44,520 bases of DNA from an uncultured Flavobacteriaceae bacterium (GTDB lineage Bacteria > Bacteroidota > Bacteroidia > Flavobacteriales > Weeksellaceae). The stretch is from the NCBI GenBank assembly GCA_963517805.1, contig CAUQHD010000001.1:1-44520 (forward strand), given 5' to 3'. The notes under the pieces were generated by a model. The model was not told the origin of the DNA and searched no databases. It saw nothing but the letters and a program-made list of their open reading frames with translations. Position 1 is the first letter of the stretch. Each line of letters starts with the position of its first letter. This document shows, piece by piece, positions 6,941 through 15,583 of this stretch. Made by a program: the position numbers and the translations under genes.

Positions 6941-7111
6941 ATGACCGATTTACAATTCATAAGACTGTTGAAATACGCTTTAAAACCAAATAAAAAGGGA
7001 AACAAAGCCAGTATTATAAATGCCTTAGAATTAGTGGAAATCTTTAAAGATAAGGTTATTGAAGATTATTTAAAGGAGGCTAAAAGTATAAGAAATAAGA
7101 AAAAAACATGA
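6941..7111 (+). CDS. Small basic protein (56 aa)
   Basis: My translation is MTDLQFIRLLKYALKPNKKGNKASIINALELVEIFKDKVIEDYLKEAKSIRNKKKT. ATGA overlap with the next gene suggests translational coupling. Confidence 0.45.
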   Translation: MTDLQFIRLLKYALKPNKKGNKASIINALELVEIFKDKVIEDYLKEAKSIRNKKKT

Positions 7112-7569
7112 CACCAAACGCAATTATACTAAGACTACGGGACAAATTTAGTGAATCAGCTCTCCGTTCTGCTGTAGAACTTCATACCAATTATGATAAA
7201 TGGAATGTAGAAGATTTGACAGAAGACGAACTTAAAAATTTATTTAGTCTTCTTTGTCCTCAAAAAACGCCAGCAGAGCAGGTTTTTAATCTTCAAATGG
7301 AACAAAGATTAAAAAACCTTAGAAGTATTATTTTAAAAGAAGCTTCTTATATAGGTCTATTAGAACCTGATAACTGGGATAGGTTTAACGCTTTTATGAA
7401 AAAGTACAGCCCTTTAAAAAAATCTTTGAACCAGTATAAAATTGATGAGTTTGAGGGACTTATAAAGCAGTTCAAAAGCATGAGAGCCAAGTATGAAAAG
7501 CAGGCAAAAATACCTTTCACACAGCAATGGTATCATAAAAATAAAATTCCTGCTCCATCTATTAACTAA
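7108..7569 (+). CDS. Hypothetical early protein, possibly GemA/gp16-like (DUF1018)
   Basis: 153 aa. It sits just before the putative late activator as gemA does in Mu, with only weak pattern resemblance in the second half. Confidence 0.35.
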   Translation: MTPNAIILRLRDKFSESALRSAVELHTNYDKWNVEDLTEDELKNLFSLLCPQKTPAEQVFNLQMEQRLKNLRSIILKEASYIGLLEPDNWDRFNAFMKKYSPLKKSLNQYKIDEFEGLIKQFKSMRAKYEKQAKIPFTQQWYHKNKIPAPSIN

Positions 7570-7609
7570 AAAAAAGTCCGTAGCCATACAGAAACCACAG
7601 ACTTTGCAC

Positions 7610-7879
7610 ATGAACAATGCAAATATAGTAAAAATCTGTATGGCTTACAATAAATCTAATTATTATAAAAAAATCATTAAAATTCAAGAGATTACGCAGG
7701 TGCAGAAGCATCAGCATGGTTTGACCTATAAGGAAATTTACTATAAACATATAGAAGAACAGTTCAATATCAGCAGCAGGACTTACCGCACTTACCTGGG
7801 CATCCCTGCTAAAAGAGAGTTGAAAAAACTTCAAGAAGCAGAACGACTAAAAGGACAACAATTGACATTTAATTTTTAA
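7610..7879 (+). CDS. Putative HTH transcription activator (Mor/C-like by position)
   Basis: Internal ATG of ORF 7493-7879 avoids overlap with the upstream gene. HTH-like LTYKEIYYKHIEEQFNISSRTYRTYLG. Last gene before the lysis and late genes. Confidence 0.4.
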   Translation: MNNANIVKICMAYNKSNYYKKIIKIQEITQVQKHQHGLTYKEIYYKHIEEQFNISSRTYRTYLGIPAKRELKKLQEAERLKGQQLTFNF

Positions 7880-7883
7880 TATT

Positions 7884-8429
7884 ATGAGTATACAAGTAAC
7901 ATTCCCCTCTGCGGGACATCATTCAAGAGATGCCGGAGCAACTTATAACGGCAGACAGGAGAACAAAGAAACTATGGTATTTCGGAATTTATTAACTACT
8001 GAACTGCGGTTTTTAGGAGTTAAATTCATTACCGATGATGACAATGAAACTAACAGGGAATATCAAGCAAGGATAAAACCTGGTAAAGGTTCGGTAATTT
8101 TGGATATTCACTTTAATGCTGGCAGTCCTGCAGCAAGTGGTACAGAGTGCTTTATTGCTAATGATGCCTCTGCCCACAGCAAAGAAATGGCAAAAGAAAT
8201 TTGTAATACAGCTTCTTCTGTTATGGGAATTAAAAATAGAGGGGTAAAAACAGAAGGCCAAAGCCAGCATAATAAAATTGGTATTCTTCATCAAGGAGCA
8301 GGAACAGCTGTGCTCTGGGAAATTTGTTTTATCTCTAACCAGGATGATATGGCAAAATATGACCAAAACAGAGGTAAATTAGCAAAAGAGATTGCTAAAA
8401 TTTGTAAAAAATATGATGATTTAATATGA
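7884..8429 (+). CDS. N-acetylmuramoyl-L-alanine amidase (Amidase_3) endolysin
   Basis: Motifs AGHHSRDAGA, LDIHFNAG, GTECF and LWEICFISN match the Amidase_3 zinc-site pattern. Confidence 0.85.
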   Translation: MSIQVTFPSAGHHSRDAGATYNGRQENKETMVFRNLLTTELRFLGVKFITDDDNETNREYQARIKPGKGSVILDIHFNAGSPAASGTECFIANDASAHSKEMAKEICNTASSVMGIKNRGVKTEGQSQHNKIGILHQGAGTAVLWEICFISNQDDMAKYDQNRGKLAKEIAKICKKYDDLI

Positions 8430-8752
8430 AAATATCAGTTAAATTAGCTCCCGAAACGCTGTTTTTAGTTCATAAAGTACTGCTTGATGAGATACAGACA
8501 AAACCAGCAGACACCAGAGCTAAAAAGGCATTAAAATCAATACTGATAGAGCTTTTTAATGTTTTTGTTAAAAAATGTATTTCTTATGGAAACAGTCCTA
8601 ATGGAAGATCCAGAACGGTTAATCTAAAATACTATCAAGCAGATAAATTATGTGATATTTTATGCAGTTTGTTACAATCAGCCTCTTTTGGAATGAACGA
8701 ATATAACAAATTGGACATGCTTAAAAATGAATTGCATCAAAAATTATTATAA
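8426..8752 (+). CDS. Hypothetical protein (108 aa)
   Basis: ATGA overlap with the endolysin gene. No TM segment or motif recognised. Confidence 0.5.
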   Translation: MKISVKLAPETLFLVHKVLLDEIQTKPADTRAKKALKSILIELFNVFVKKCISYGNSPNGRSRTVNLKYYQADKLCDILCSLLQSASFGMNEYNKLDMLKNELHQKLL

Positions 8753-8754
8753 AA

Positions 8755-8961
8755 ATGGAAAGTATTTATAAAATAGAGGCCAAAAAGCCCAGCGGGCGGT
8801 ATGTTTTAGCAGCCTACCACAATCAAATTTTAAGAGAAATAAAGTTTTTGGGAGAGGGCTGGACAGATATAATGATAAAGGGAATGTTCAGCTTGGTAGC
8901 CGTTACAGAAGATTCAGCTAAAACTACGGAAGAAAGTAAAATAATCTACACTAAAATTTAA
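8755..8961 (+). CDS. Hypothetical protein (68 aa)
   Basis: Tightly packed ORF, last gene before a strong terminator. Confidence 0.45.
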   Translation: MESIYKIEAKKPSGRYVLAAYHNQILREIKFLGEGWTDIMIKGMFSLVAVTEDSAKTTEESKIIYTKI

Positions 8962-8964
8962 TTA

Positions 8965-8995
8965 AAATCCGCTTGTTTTTTATAAGCGGATTTTT
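8965..8995 (+). terminator. Rho-independent terminator
   Basis: AAATCCGCTT - 9-nt loop - AAGCGGATTT, followed by TT. Confidence 0.7.
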
Positions 8996-9021
8996 GTATA
9001 TTTGTATATAAATAAAGCAAT

Positions 9022-9339
9022 ATGAAGATTTTAATTTTCCTTTTGTTCCCTCTTTTTCTTTCTGCACAGGCATACTCCAATCGTGGGAAGGGAGAGGTTT
9101 TTAAAAGCTACCCAGAGAAACCCTATGAAGATGTAAAAAAAACAGGGGTTATTGTGGTAGATAAAACATTATATGGACTTAAATTCAAAGACAGTAAACT
9201 TCCAAAAGAGGTAAAAAATAGAGTTCAAAAGTTCTTTAATAAGCGTTATAATGGTTATACAGATTTAAAGACATATGAACTCCATATAGAAGACACTGCC
9301 AAAGGCTTGAAAATAGAAGGGTATCTTATTAAAGATTAG
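9022..9339 (+). CDS. Secreted small protein (signal peptide), stand-alone moron-like gene
   Basis: MKILIFLLFPLFLSAQA signal-like N-terminus. TATATTTG (-7 type) at 8997-9004. Insulated by the upstream terminator and converges on the leftward structural block. Confidence 0.55.
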   Translation: MKILIFLLFPLFLSAQAYSNRGKGEVFKSYPEKPYEDVKKTGVIVVDKTLYGLKFKDSKLPKEVKNRVQKFFNKRYNGYTDLKTYELHIEDTAKGLKIEGYLIKD

Positions 9340-9851
9340 TCCAATACTTTGGAAAACAACCCCTTTTTAATATTAAGATCATCAACATTGCCCTGCAGAT
9401 ATTGCAGGGTATTTAATTTACCGCTGTAACTACATTGATAATTAAGTATATAAACATCCACAACAGTTTCATCTCTCTTGTGGTTTTCACTAACCAACTC
9501 TAATTTTCCAGTATTTTTACTAATAACATTCTTTAGAATTTCATCGGTCAGTTCTATGAAATCTAAGAATTTCAAAGCCATTTCTGTATTAGTTCCCAGG
9601 TTACTTGTATCATGCAGCTGCTCATAGCATATATAAAATATAATATTTGCAACGGCTGTATCATTGGAATAGCTAATATCCCAACTTACCAGTAAAGCAG
9701 GATAATGATGTACTTCAAACCATTCAGGAATGAGGTCCTGTTCAGCATATAAATCTATAAACTGAACGGGGGCAAGTCCCTTTGTCCGATATAAATCTTT
9801 GATTTCTTCCTTCTCAAAAGTCTCTGTTAATTTTTTATAAAATAATTTCAT
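9336..9851 (-). CDS. Hypothetical virion-module protein (171 aa)
   Basis: Last gene of the leftward structural operon. No motif recognised. Confidence 0.5.
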   Translation of the reverse strand: MKLFYKKLTETFEKEEIKDLYRTKGLAPVQFIDLYAEQDLIPEWFEVHHYPALLVSWDISYSNDTAVANIIFYICYEQLHDTSNLGTNTEMALKFLDFIELTDEILKNVISKNTGKLELVSENHKRDETVVDVYILNYQCSYSGKLNTLQYLQGNVDDLNIKKGLFSKVLD

Positions 9852-9861
9852 TATAAGCAGT

Positions 9862-10422
9862 TTAAAGGTTATTTAAAGTTTTCTGTATTTCTTTTTTTAG
9901 ATGCCTCTGCAGTCTGATTTCTAGCGCCCGAGACCTTCCTAAAAACTGCCTTTTAGGAAGGTGGAGATTCATTTTTCGTACATGGCTTTTTACTTTTATA
10001 CTTTGCCCTGTATCTACTCTTTTTCGTGAAGCTTTTCGGGTTCGTAGATTGACAGATTTAGCCTTTGTTTTTTTACGGGTGTAAGCACTTACATAAACAG
10101 TTTTTTGTATTTTACCTCCCTCATTATGTATTTTTGCATAGGGAACATCTGTTCCAATGATTACATAATTATCCCCTGAACTTATTTTGTGAATGGAGCG
10201 TTTGAGCCTCCCTGTTCTTGTCATAAGAGAACCTCTATCTTTTCGTTTCCGTGCTTTCCATTTCTCTGAAACTTGATTTTTCCAGTCTTTTTTGATAAAT
10301 CTTTCTTTGCTGAAATTTACTGCAATAGTTCCAAATTCAGAGGCTGTTTTTCGGGTAAAATTAACCCCCAATGCTTTCTGCATCCGCTCAAATATTTTAC
10401 CTTCAATTTTAAATGTTTCCAT
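9862..10422 (-). CDS. Mu G-like virion morphogenesis protein
   Basis: TGRLKRSI, VPYAKIHNEGG and LPKRQFLG match the tGrLr.Si / vpYA.iHqfGG / P.R.FLG pattern of the Mu gpG family. Confidence 0.7.
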   Translation of the reverse strand: METFKIEGKIFERMQKALGVNFTRKTASEFGTIAVNFSKERFIKKDWKNQVSEKWKARKRKDRGSLMTRTGRLKRSIHKISSGDNYVIIGTDVPYAKIHNEGGKIQKTVYVSAYTRKKTKAKSVNLRTRKASRKRVDTGQSIKVKSHVRKMNLHLPKRQFLGRSRALEIRLQRHLKKEIQKTLNNL

Positions 10423-10427
10423 CTTAG

Positions 10428-12389
10428 TTAGATTGTTTCTGCATTACGGATAATTCTCATCATCATTTCATTGTAGAAATCTTCAAATTCCTGCATGGTC
10501 ATACCTTTTCCGCTGCCTGAATTGATAATATTGTCTCCTTTGTGAATGTTATCAAATTTTATAGTGATATTTTTAATCTGTTTCGCATCTCCTTCTACTT
10601 TGCTGATGTCGTTTTTAAGTTTGGCTTTTGTTTTTTTACCTGCACCGCCTTTTCCTCCAAATTCAGAGAAACCGCCTCCTAAGGTTTCTCCGCCGTATAA
10701 AGAAGGTGTTTTAGGAGTTTCTGGCTGTTTGTTGGTGTTCTCTTCTTTGGGTTTTATTAAATCCATTTTTCCCCTAAGTTCATTGACAGAACCGCTGGCA
10801 TTTTTTGCCCAGTCCCAGCCAGTAAGTTCTCCCACCCAGCTTAACATTTGCTCTAATGGTTTTAGGATAACATCCAAAAGAACCTGTCCTATTCTTTTTA
10901 ATCCTCCTATAATTCCCTCTGTCTGAAAGGCTTTTTTAATACTTTCCCAATGGTCATACATTGATTTTATTGCAGAAATTACCATCCCAAAAGGTCCCAT
11001 TAGTAGTAAAATAGAGGCGCCCCATTCATCATATTTTACAATTGCTGCGGTAATGATACCGATAAGCACAATGATTGCAGCTACAAGAAGCCCTATTGGG
11101 TTGGCATACATTGCTATATTGTTTGCCCATACAGCAACCGTTAAGGCTCCCCATGCAGTAGCTAATGTTCCTAATACTATAACAATCGCATCAATATTGT
11201 CAAATATCCAAGAAAATACGGGCTGTAATTTCTCAAGTGCTGTGGTAACCATAGGAAGCAGTTTTTCTCCCATTTTTATCATAGAAGCTTTTATATTATT
11301 CTGAATAACACCCCATTGCTCGGTAGGTGTAAGAGAATCCATATATGCTTTATTAAGGGCGTTTTGTGCTCCTTCGGTAGCTTTTGTAGCTTTTTCAAGC
11401 CCCGCAATATCCTGCATCAGTGTTCCAAAACCCATAGAGGTAGCTTGGTCAAAACCTAATTTACTCAGTTTTTCAATTTTCTGCTCATTGGTAAGTCCGT
11501 CAAAAGCTTTATTTAAATCTTTGATAATGTCTATCAATGGGCGTATTTTCCCTGCGCTGTCAAAAATGTTAATGCCGATAGACCTAAAACCGCTGACATA
11601 TTTCCCTGTTTTACTATCTATTTTCCCCATTGCTACATCAGCATTAGACAAGGTTCTCATAATTCCCTCTAACGCAGTAGAAGACTGTTCGGCACTAAGT
11701 TTTGTAGTCAGAGAGGCGTAAGCTCCTGCCGTACTCTCCAGTTCATAGCCTATATTTCGGGCTAATGGAAGTACCTTAGGAAGATAACGGGCAATATCTC
11801 TAAATTCTGCATTTCCCTCTTTTACTGTTTCAAAAAGTACATCATATACACGATTTATATCTTTTCCAGAGGACATCATAGTTGCTATCCCTGCAGAAGC
11901 TACTGTTTCTATATCGGTAAAACCTGCTTTTGCAGCTCTTAGAGTTGGTTCTAAGGCTTCTAATGACTGATTTACATCAAGTCCAGCAGAAATAATACGG
12001 GAAAAAGCCTTAGGAACTTCATCTAAAGGAGTAGCGTTTTTGGTTCCTATTTCAAGAATTTTATCAGACAGCCCCTGTAATTCCTTCTTACTGAGTTCTG
12101 CAGTTACATTGATTTCTGCCATCTGGGTATGCCAGGTGTCAGCCTGTTTTACGGCACCAATAAGCATAGTTCCTGCTGCAACAGCCATTCCTGCAAAAGC
12201 GGTGGTAATAGGAGTTTTTAATTTATCTACTGCTTTGCCCATCCCTGCTGGTAGTTTCTCTATCAGACTGTTATATTTCACTTTCATTTTATCAACAGTC
12301 TGATCCCATTTGCTTTTAAGCTTCTCCAAGTTAGAATTAAACATCTTTGTGCCCAAGTCTATCAGCATGGTTAATTTTGTATCTGCCAT
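10428..12389 (-). CDS. Tail tape measure protein (TP901-type core, PhageMin_Tail-like)
   Basis: 653 aa. EINVTAELSKKELQGLSDKILEIGTKNATPLDEVPKAFSRIISAGL...LRAAKAGFTD is typical of the tape-measure core. Central hydrophobic helices and a Gly-rich C-terminus. Confidence 0.8.
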   Translation of the reverse strand: MADTKLTMLIDLGTKMFNSNLEKLKSKWDQTVDKMKVKYNSLIEKLPAGMGKAVDKLKTPITTAFAGMAVAAGTMLIGAVKQADTWHTQMAEINVTAELSKKELQGLSDKILEIGTKNATPLDEVPKAFSRIISAGLDVNQSLEALEPTLRAAKAGFTDIETVASAGIATMMSSGKDINRVYDVLFETVKEGNAEFRDIARYLPKVLPLARNIGYELESTAGAYASLTTKLSAEQSSTALEGIMRTLSNADVAMGKIDSKTGKYVSGFRSIGINIFDSAGKIRPLIDIIKDLNKAFDGLTNEQKIEKLSKLGFDQATSMGFGTLMQDIAGLEKATKATEGAQNALNKAYMDSLTPTEQWGVIQNNIKASMIKMGEKLLPMVTTALEKLQPVFSWIFDNIDAIVIVLGTLATAWGALTVAVWANNIAMYANPIGLLVAAIIVLIGIITAAIVKYDEWGASILLLMGPFGMVISAIKSMYDHWESIKKAFQTEGIIGGLKRIGQVLLDVILKPLEQMLSWVGELTGWDWAKNASGSVNELRGKMDLIKPKEENTNKQPETPKTPSLYGGETLGGGFSEFGGKGGAGKKTKAKLKNDISKVEGDAKQIKNITIKFDNIHKGDNIINSGSGKGMTMQEFEDFYNEMMMRIIRNAETI

Positions 12390-12433
12390 AAAAATTTTGT
12401 TTTTTTAATTATTATGTTTATATTTGTAAAGAG

Positions 12434-12502
12434 TTTAAAGAGCGGTAGCAAATAGCTCACTGCGGAGGAATGCAAAGCGAACGCGGACATTTGCTCTTTA
12501 AA
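12434..12502. repeat. Long-range inverted repeat enclosing a GC-rich 49-nt segment
   Basis: TTTAAAGAGC (12434-12443) pairs with GCTCTTTAAA (12493-12502). Alternative inner pairing is GCAAAT/ATTTGC. Lies in the 146-bp gap between the portal-MuF and tape-measure genes. Confidence 0.5.
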
Positions 12503-12535
12503 TCAATATAAATTCCTCATAAAAGAAGGCTTAAT

Positions 12536-15103
12536 TTAGTCTTCTTTTTTCTTTTTATAGATAAGAAGTCCCTTCCTTCTTTCCAAAGGTTTTTTGTAAT
12601 CTATCTTGAACCAAGTCTCTATCTGTATTCCTTTATCAGCCTCACTCAATGTGGTAGAGACCATTACTGACATATCTTGATAATGTTTTATATAATTGGT
12701 CTGGAATCCTTTTTTATCATGAGTAGAGAGCCATACTTCACTCGGATTTTTCAAAACATCCTCTATATGAGGGAATAATAAATGCCTTTGTTCATCATCA
12801 CTTATATAATATCCTGTTGTATGACGGCTGAATATTTTTTTATTCAAAACCATTTTTCTTCCTAGATAATCCGCAAATCCCATTTTCTTTTTGGAATTTT
12901 CCAAAGGTTTAAAAAGTTCTTTTACATTATCTTCTGTAATGGTATTGTCTAATAAAATAGGCTTTAAACTGTCTTTAAATTCATCCCATTTTTTTAAACC
13001 GTATTTATCAAATGTCATTTGATTAAGTTTTTCGGGAAGTCTTTTTATATCGCTGTAAAACTGCTTTTTAGTAAATACCTGTTTCAGATCCCCTCTATTT
13101 ATTTCAAATTGGGAATTTTTATATTTAGGGTCGGCTTGGTATATTTTTGTTTTAGCATCAGTGCCTTTGGTTACTCTGCCTTTGTGGTCTCCTAAATATT
13201 GTACCATTTCACAACGGCACCCATAGCCGTTTGGAGGCCACAAATCCATAGCTTCTTTATCTTCAATATTGAATATTTTACCATCTAATACCTGGTGCTG
13301 TGGTCTTACCTTTTCATCTCCTATGGTCTGGTACTTCACAAAAGAGGTAATACTGTCTTTTTCTGCCATAAAACGAATATATTGAGCAGCGTTCTGACCT
13401 ACGGCAATAGATAGATTATATTCACTTTCTAACCATTGATGGTTATATTTATCCATTACTTTATCGCATTCTACACGGAAACTTGCAAAATCTCTTACCT
13501 GCCTTGTTTCATTATCTATTAAAAGTTCTTTCATTGAAGCCAAACGGCTTTCTGTCTTACTCGCTGAAAACTCAAAAAGATTATACTCCATCATTTGTAA
13601 GGTTAAATGGTCAATACCTTCAAAGGTTTTAGGAGCTGTTTTGAATTTACTTCTAAGAGCTTCAAGCAGTACTTCTGTTTCTGTGGAGATAATTTTACCT
13701 TCAATGCCTAATGTATCTTTGCCTTCAAAGATGTATTTCATCAGCTCATCGGTAAGATTATCAATTTCATTCTGTGGAATTTCTCCTACCGGCTGAGTGT
13801 GGTTGCCACAGTCACAAGATGGATAGCGCTGGTTAAAATAGATACTTGCAACAGGCAATAGGCTTGACGGCTCTTCTGTACTTACTATTTCCTGCCTATT
13901 GCCCAAAGGCTTTTTTGCCTTTTCCAAAGGAATATTAAAGGTTTTAGATATCCATTCTTTTTCTACATCATATCCACTAGTAAGCAGACCGCTGGTAATA
14001 GTCCATAACTGCCCTAAATCTACTTCTTGTTCTGCTGTTTTGAACTCAAAAAAGTCATCTTCAGATATTCTGTATCCTTGTCTTTGCAATAGAGGAAACA
14101 ATAAATCATTGACAATAAACTGAATCTGTCTTTTGTCTGCCTGTGCAATCTTAAAATCTAATCCCCGTTCATGTACTTCGGTCTGGCTTCTATTGGTTCC
14201 CTGGTCAGAAAGCATGGTAGAACCTACCAGTTGTTTACTGATTTCATTCGTATTGGACTGCATGAACTGCAAATAAACATTGTAAGCATCGGTTCTGTTG
14301 GCCTCATGATACTGTATCGTTGTTCCATGTGGAAATGTTCCTGCACCAGCTTCTCCGAAGCTTAACAGCATTTCATGAACCATATCAACGGTTTTGCTGT
14401 CATTGGTAGAAGTTGTTGCCGTAATAAGGGGCATACCGAATTTTTCGCAGAATTCAGCCCATGACTGAGCGACATTTCTTTTCCAAATTACATTAGGCAC
14501 TACATTATTGAGAATTCCCAAGTCGTAAGGGTTCCCAATTGGGAGAAGCCAGTCAGCATATTCTGGAAGAGAGTAATCAATAAAGTCATCTTTGGTAGCA
14601 TCTGGAAATATTTTATTTTGTGTAGGTGCTGTATTTCTTCTTGGGATAAGATTAAATTTAATCCTTTCCCCTGCAAATTCAGTAAATTCAATCACAGAAA
14701 CTCCCCGCAGGATAGTTTCAAGACAAATATTTAGAAACTCATAAAACCACTGCTGTTGTATAAGAAATGTAAGTTCTTCGTTTTCATCTCCAGATTTGCG
14801 GTTAATTACTCTAAAATCGGTATTTAAAGTACTCATTTTACGCATCTGAATTTGAGACTGCAGATGTCCATCTGTAAGAAGGTCATCAATCAAATCATGT
14901 AGAAGTACCGTTTTAGGAGTTTCTGGATGCTGTGCCAGCGTCAGAGCTTTTCGCCATTTTTGTATATCCTTTCTGGAACTGTCTTTGAAGTTCTTAGCAA
15001 TGCTGATAATAGCGGGATTTTGTTTTCCTATATTAGGGCTTGATTCTGCTTTTGCAGAAACATCTAATTTTTTAAAGTTTATTTCATATCCTAATACTTT
15101 CAT
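12536..15103 (-). CDS. Fusion protein: Mu gp29-like portal (DUF935) + MuF/gp30-like minor head domain + C-terminal PBECR-like putative nuclease extension
   Basis: 855 aa. The N-terminal half carries LLTDGHLQSQIQMRKMSTL (DUF935-like). The middle has VRPQHQVLDGKIF...PPNGYGCRCEM (MuF/SPP1 gp7 signature). The last 200 aa or so include SRHTTGYYISDDEQRHLLFPHIEDVLKNPSEVW...IQIETWF. Confidence 0.8.
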   Translation of the reverse strand: MKVLGYEINFKKLDVSAKAESSPNIGKQNPAIISIAKNFKDSSRKDIQKWRKALTLAQHPETPKTVLLHDLIDDLLTDGHLQSQIQMRKMSTLNTDFRVINRKSGDENEELTFLIQQQWFYEFLNICLETILRGVSVIEFTEFAGERIKFNLIPRRNTAPTQNKIFPDATKDDFIDYSLPEYADWLLPIGNPYDLGILNNVVPNVIWKRNVAQSWAEFCEKFGMPLITATTSTNDSKTVDMVHEMLLSFGEAGAGTFPHGTTIQYHEANRTDAYNVYLQFMQSNTNEISKQLVGSTMLSDQGTNRSQTEVHERGLDFKIAQADKRQIQFIVNDLLFPLLQRQGYRISEDDFFEFKTAEQEVDLGQLWTITSGLLTSGYDVEKEWISKTFNIPLEKAKKPLGNRQEIVSTEEPSSLLPVASIYFNQRYPSCDCGNHTQPVGEIPQNEIDNLTDELMKYIFEGKDTLGIEGKIISTETEVLLEALRSKFKTAPKTFEGIDHLTLQMMEYNLFEFSASKTESRLASMKELLIDNETRQVRDFASFRVECDKVMDKYNHQWLESEYNLSIAVGQNAAQYIRFMAEKDSITSFVKYQTIGDEKVRPQHQVLDGKIFNIEDKEAMDLWPPNGYGCRCEMVQYLGDHKGRVTKGTDAKTKIYQADPKYKNSQFEINRGDLKQVFTKKQFYSDIKRLPEKLNQMTFDKYGLKKWDEFKDSLKPILLDNTITEDNVKELFKPLENSKKKMGFADYLGRKMVLNKKIFSRHTTGYYISDDEQRHLLFPHIEDVLKNPSEVWLSTHDKKGFQTNYIKHYQDMSVMVSTTLSEADKGIQIETWFKIDYKKPLERRKGLLIYKKKKED

Positions 15104-15159
15104 CGTAATTATTTTAAAAGTGTCTTATTTTTGAGATTAAAGGGTAATTAAAGAATGTT

Positions 15160-15582
15160 TTACCATTTATTATTATTCAATTCATATTTTGATGAAACTT
15201 TTAACCCTAAATATTCTTCTCCCTTATCACTTTTAGGTTTTGGGAGGTCAGCATTTGCTTTTCCCTCAGCAACAAGTTTCAGCCAGTCTATGGCATCTTG
15301 GTATCTTTGTGAGCGGATTTCTGGCATTTTTCTCGGAATGGTAGCAGTATAAAGATGATACAAAGCACAATCAATTGTAAGCATCACAATATGGCTGTTT
15401 CTTTCTTCTCCTTCTTTGCTAAATATCTGCTCTACATCATACCTGCCCGATAAATAATTTTTAATCTGGGATACTGCCATTTGTTCAGAAGCTCTTAATC
15501 TGGATTCTGAATAATTCTCAAGCAGTAAATCTTTTATTTCATTTCGGATAAGCACCGAATAATCTTCATTGGTTATAAACAT
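15160..15582 (-). CDS. Mu gp36-like head-tail connector protein (DUF1320-like)
   Basis: 140 aa. The N-terminal pattern MFITNEDY...IKDLL...ASEQMAVSQIKNYLSGRYD resembles DUF1320. Confidence 0.55.
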   Translation of the reverse strand: MFITNEDYSVLIRNEIKDLLLENYSESRLRASEQMAVSQIKNYLSGRYDVEQIFSKEGEERNSHIVMLTIDCALYHLYTATIPRKMPEIRSQRYQDAIDWLKLVAEGKANADLPKPKSDKGEEYLGLKVSSKYELNNNKW

Positions 15583-15583
15583 C

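Noticed and set aside
10546-12303. Four plus-strand ORFs (10546-10926, 11053-11304, 11488-11721, 12040-12303)
   Set aside because: All are antisense to the well-supported tape-measure gene, and their products are hydrophobic low-complexity mirror translations.
12434-12502. Possible 69-nt tRNA gene between portal-MuF and the tape-measure gene
   Set aside because: The 7-bp terminal stem and the size are tRNA-like. I could not form anticodon or T arms on either strand, and there is no TTCRA loop.
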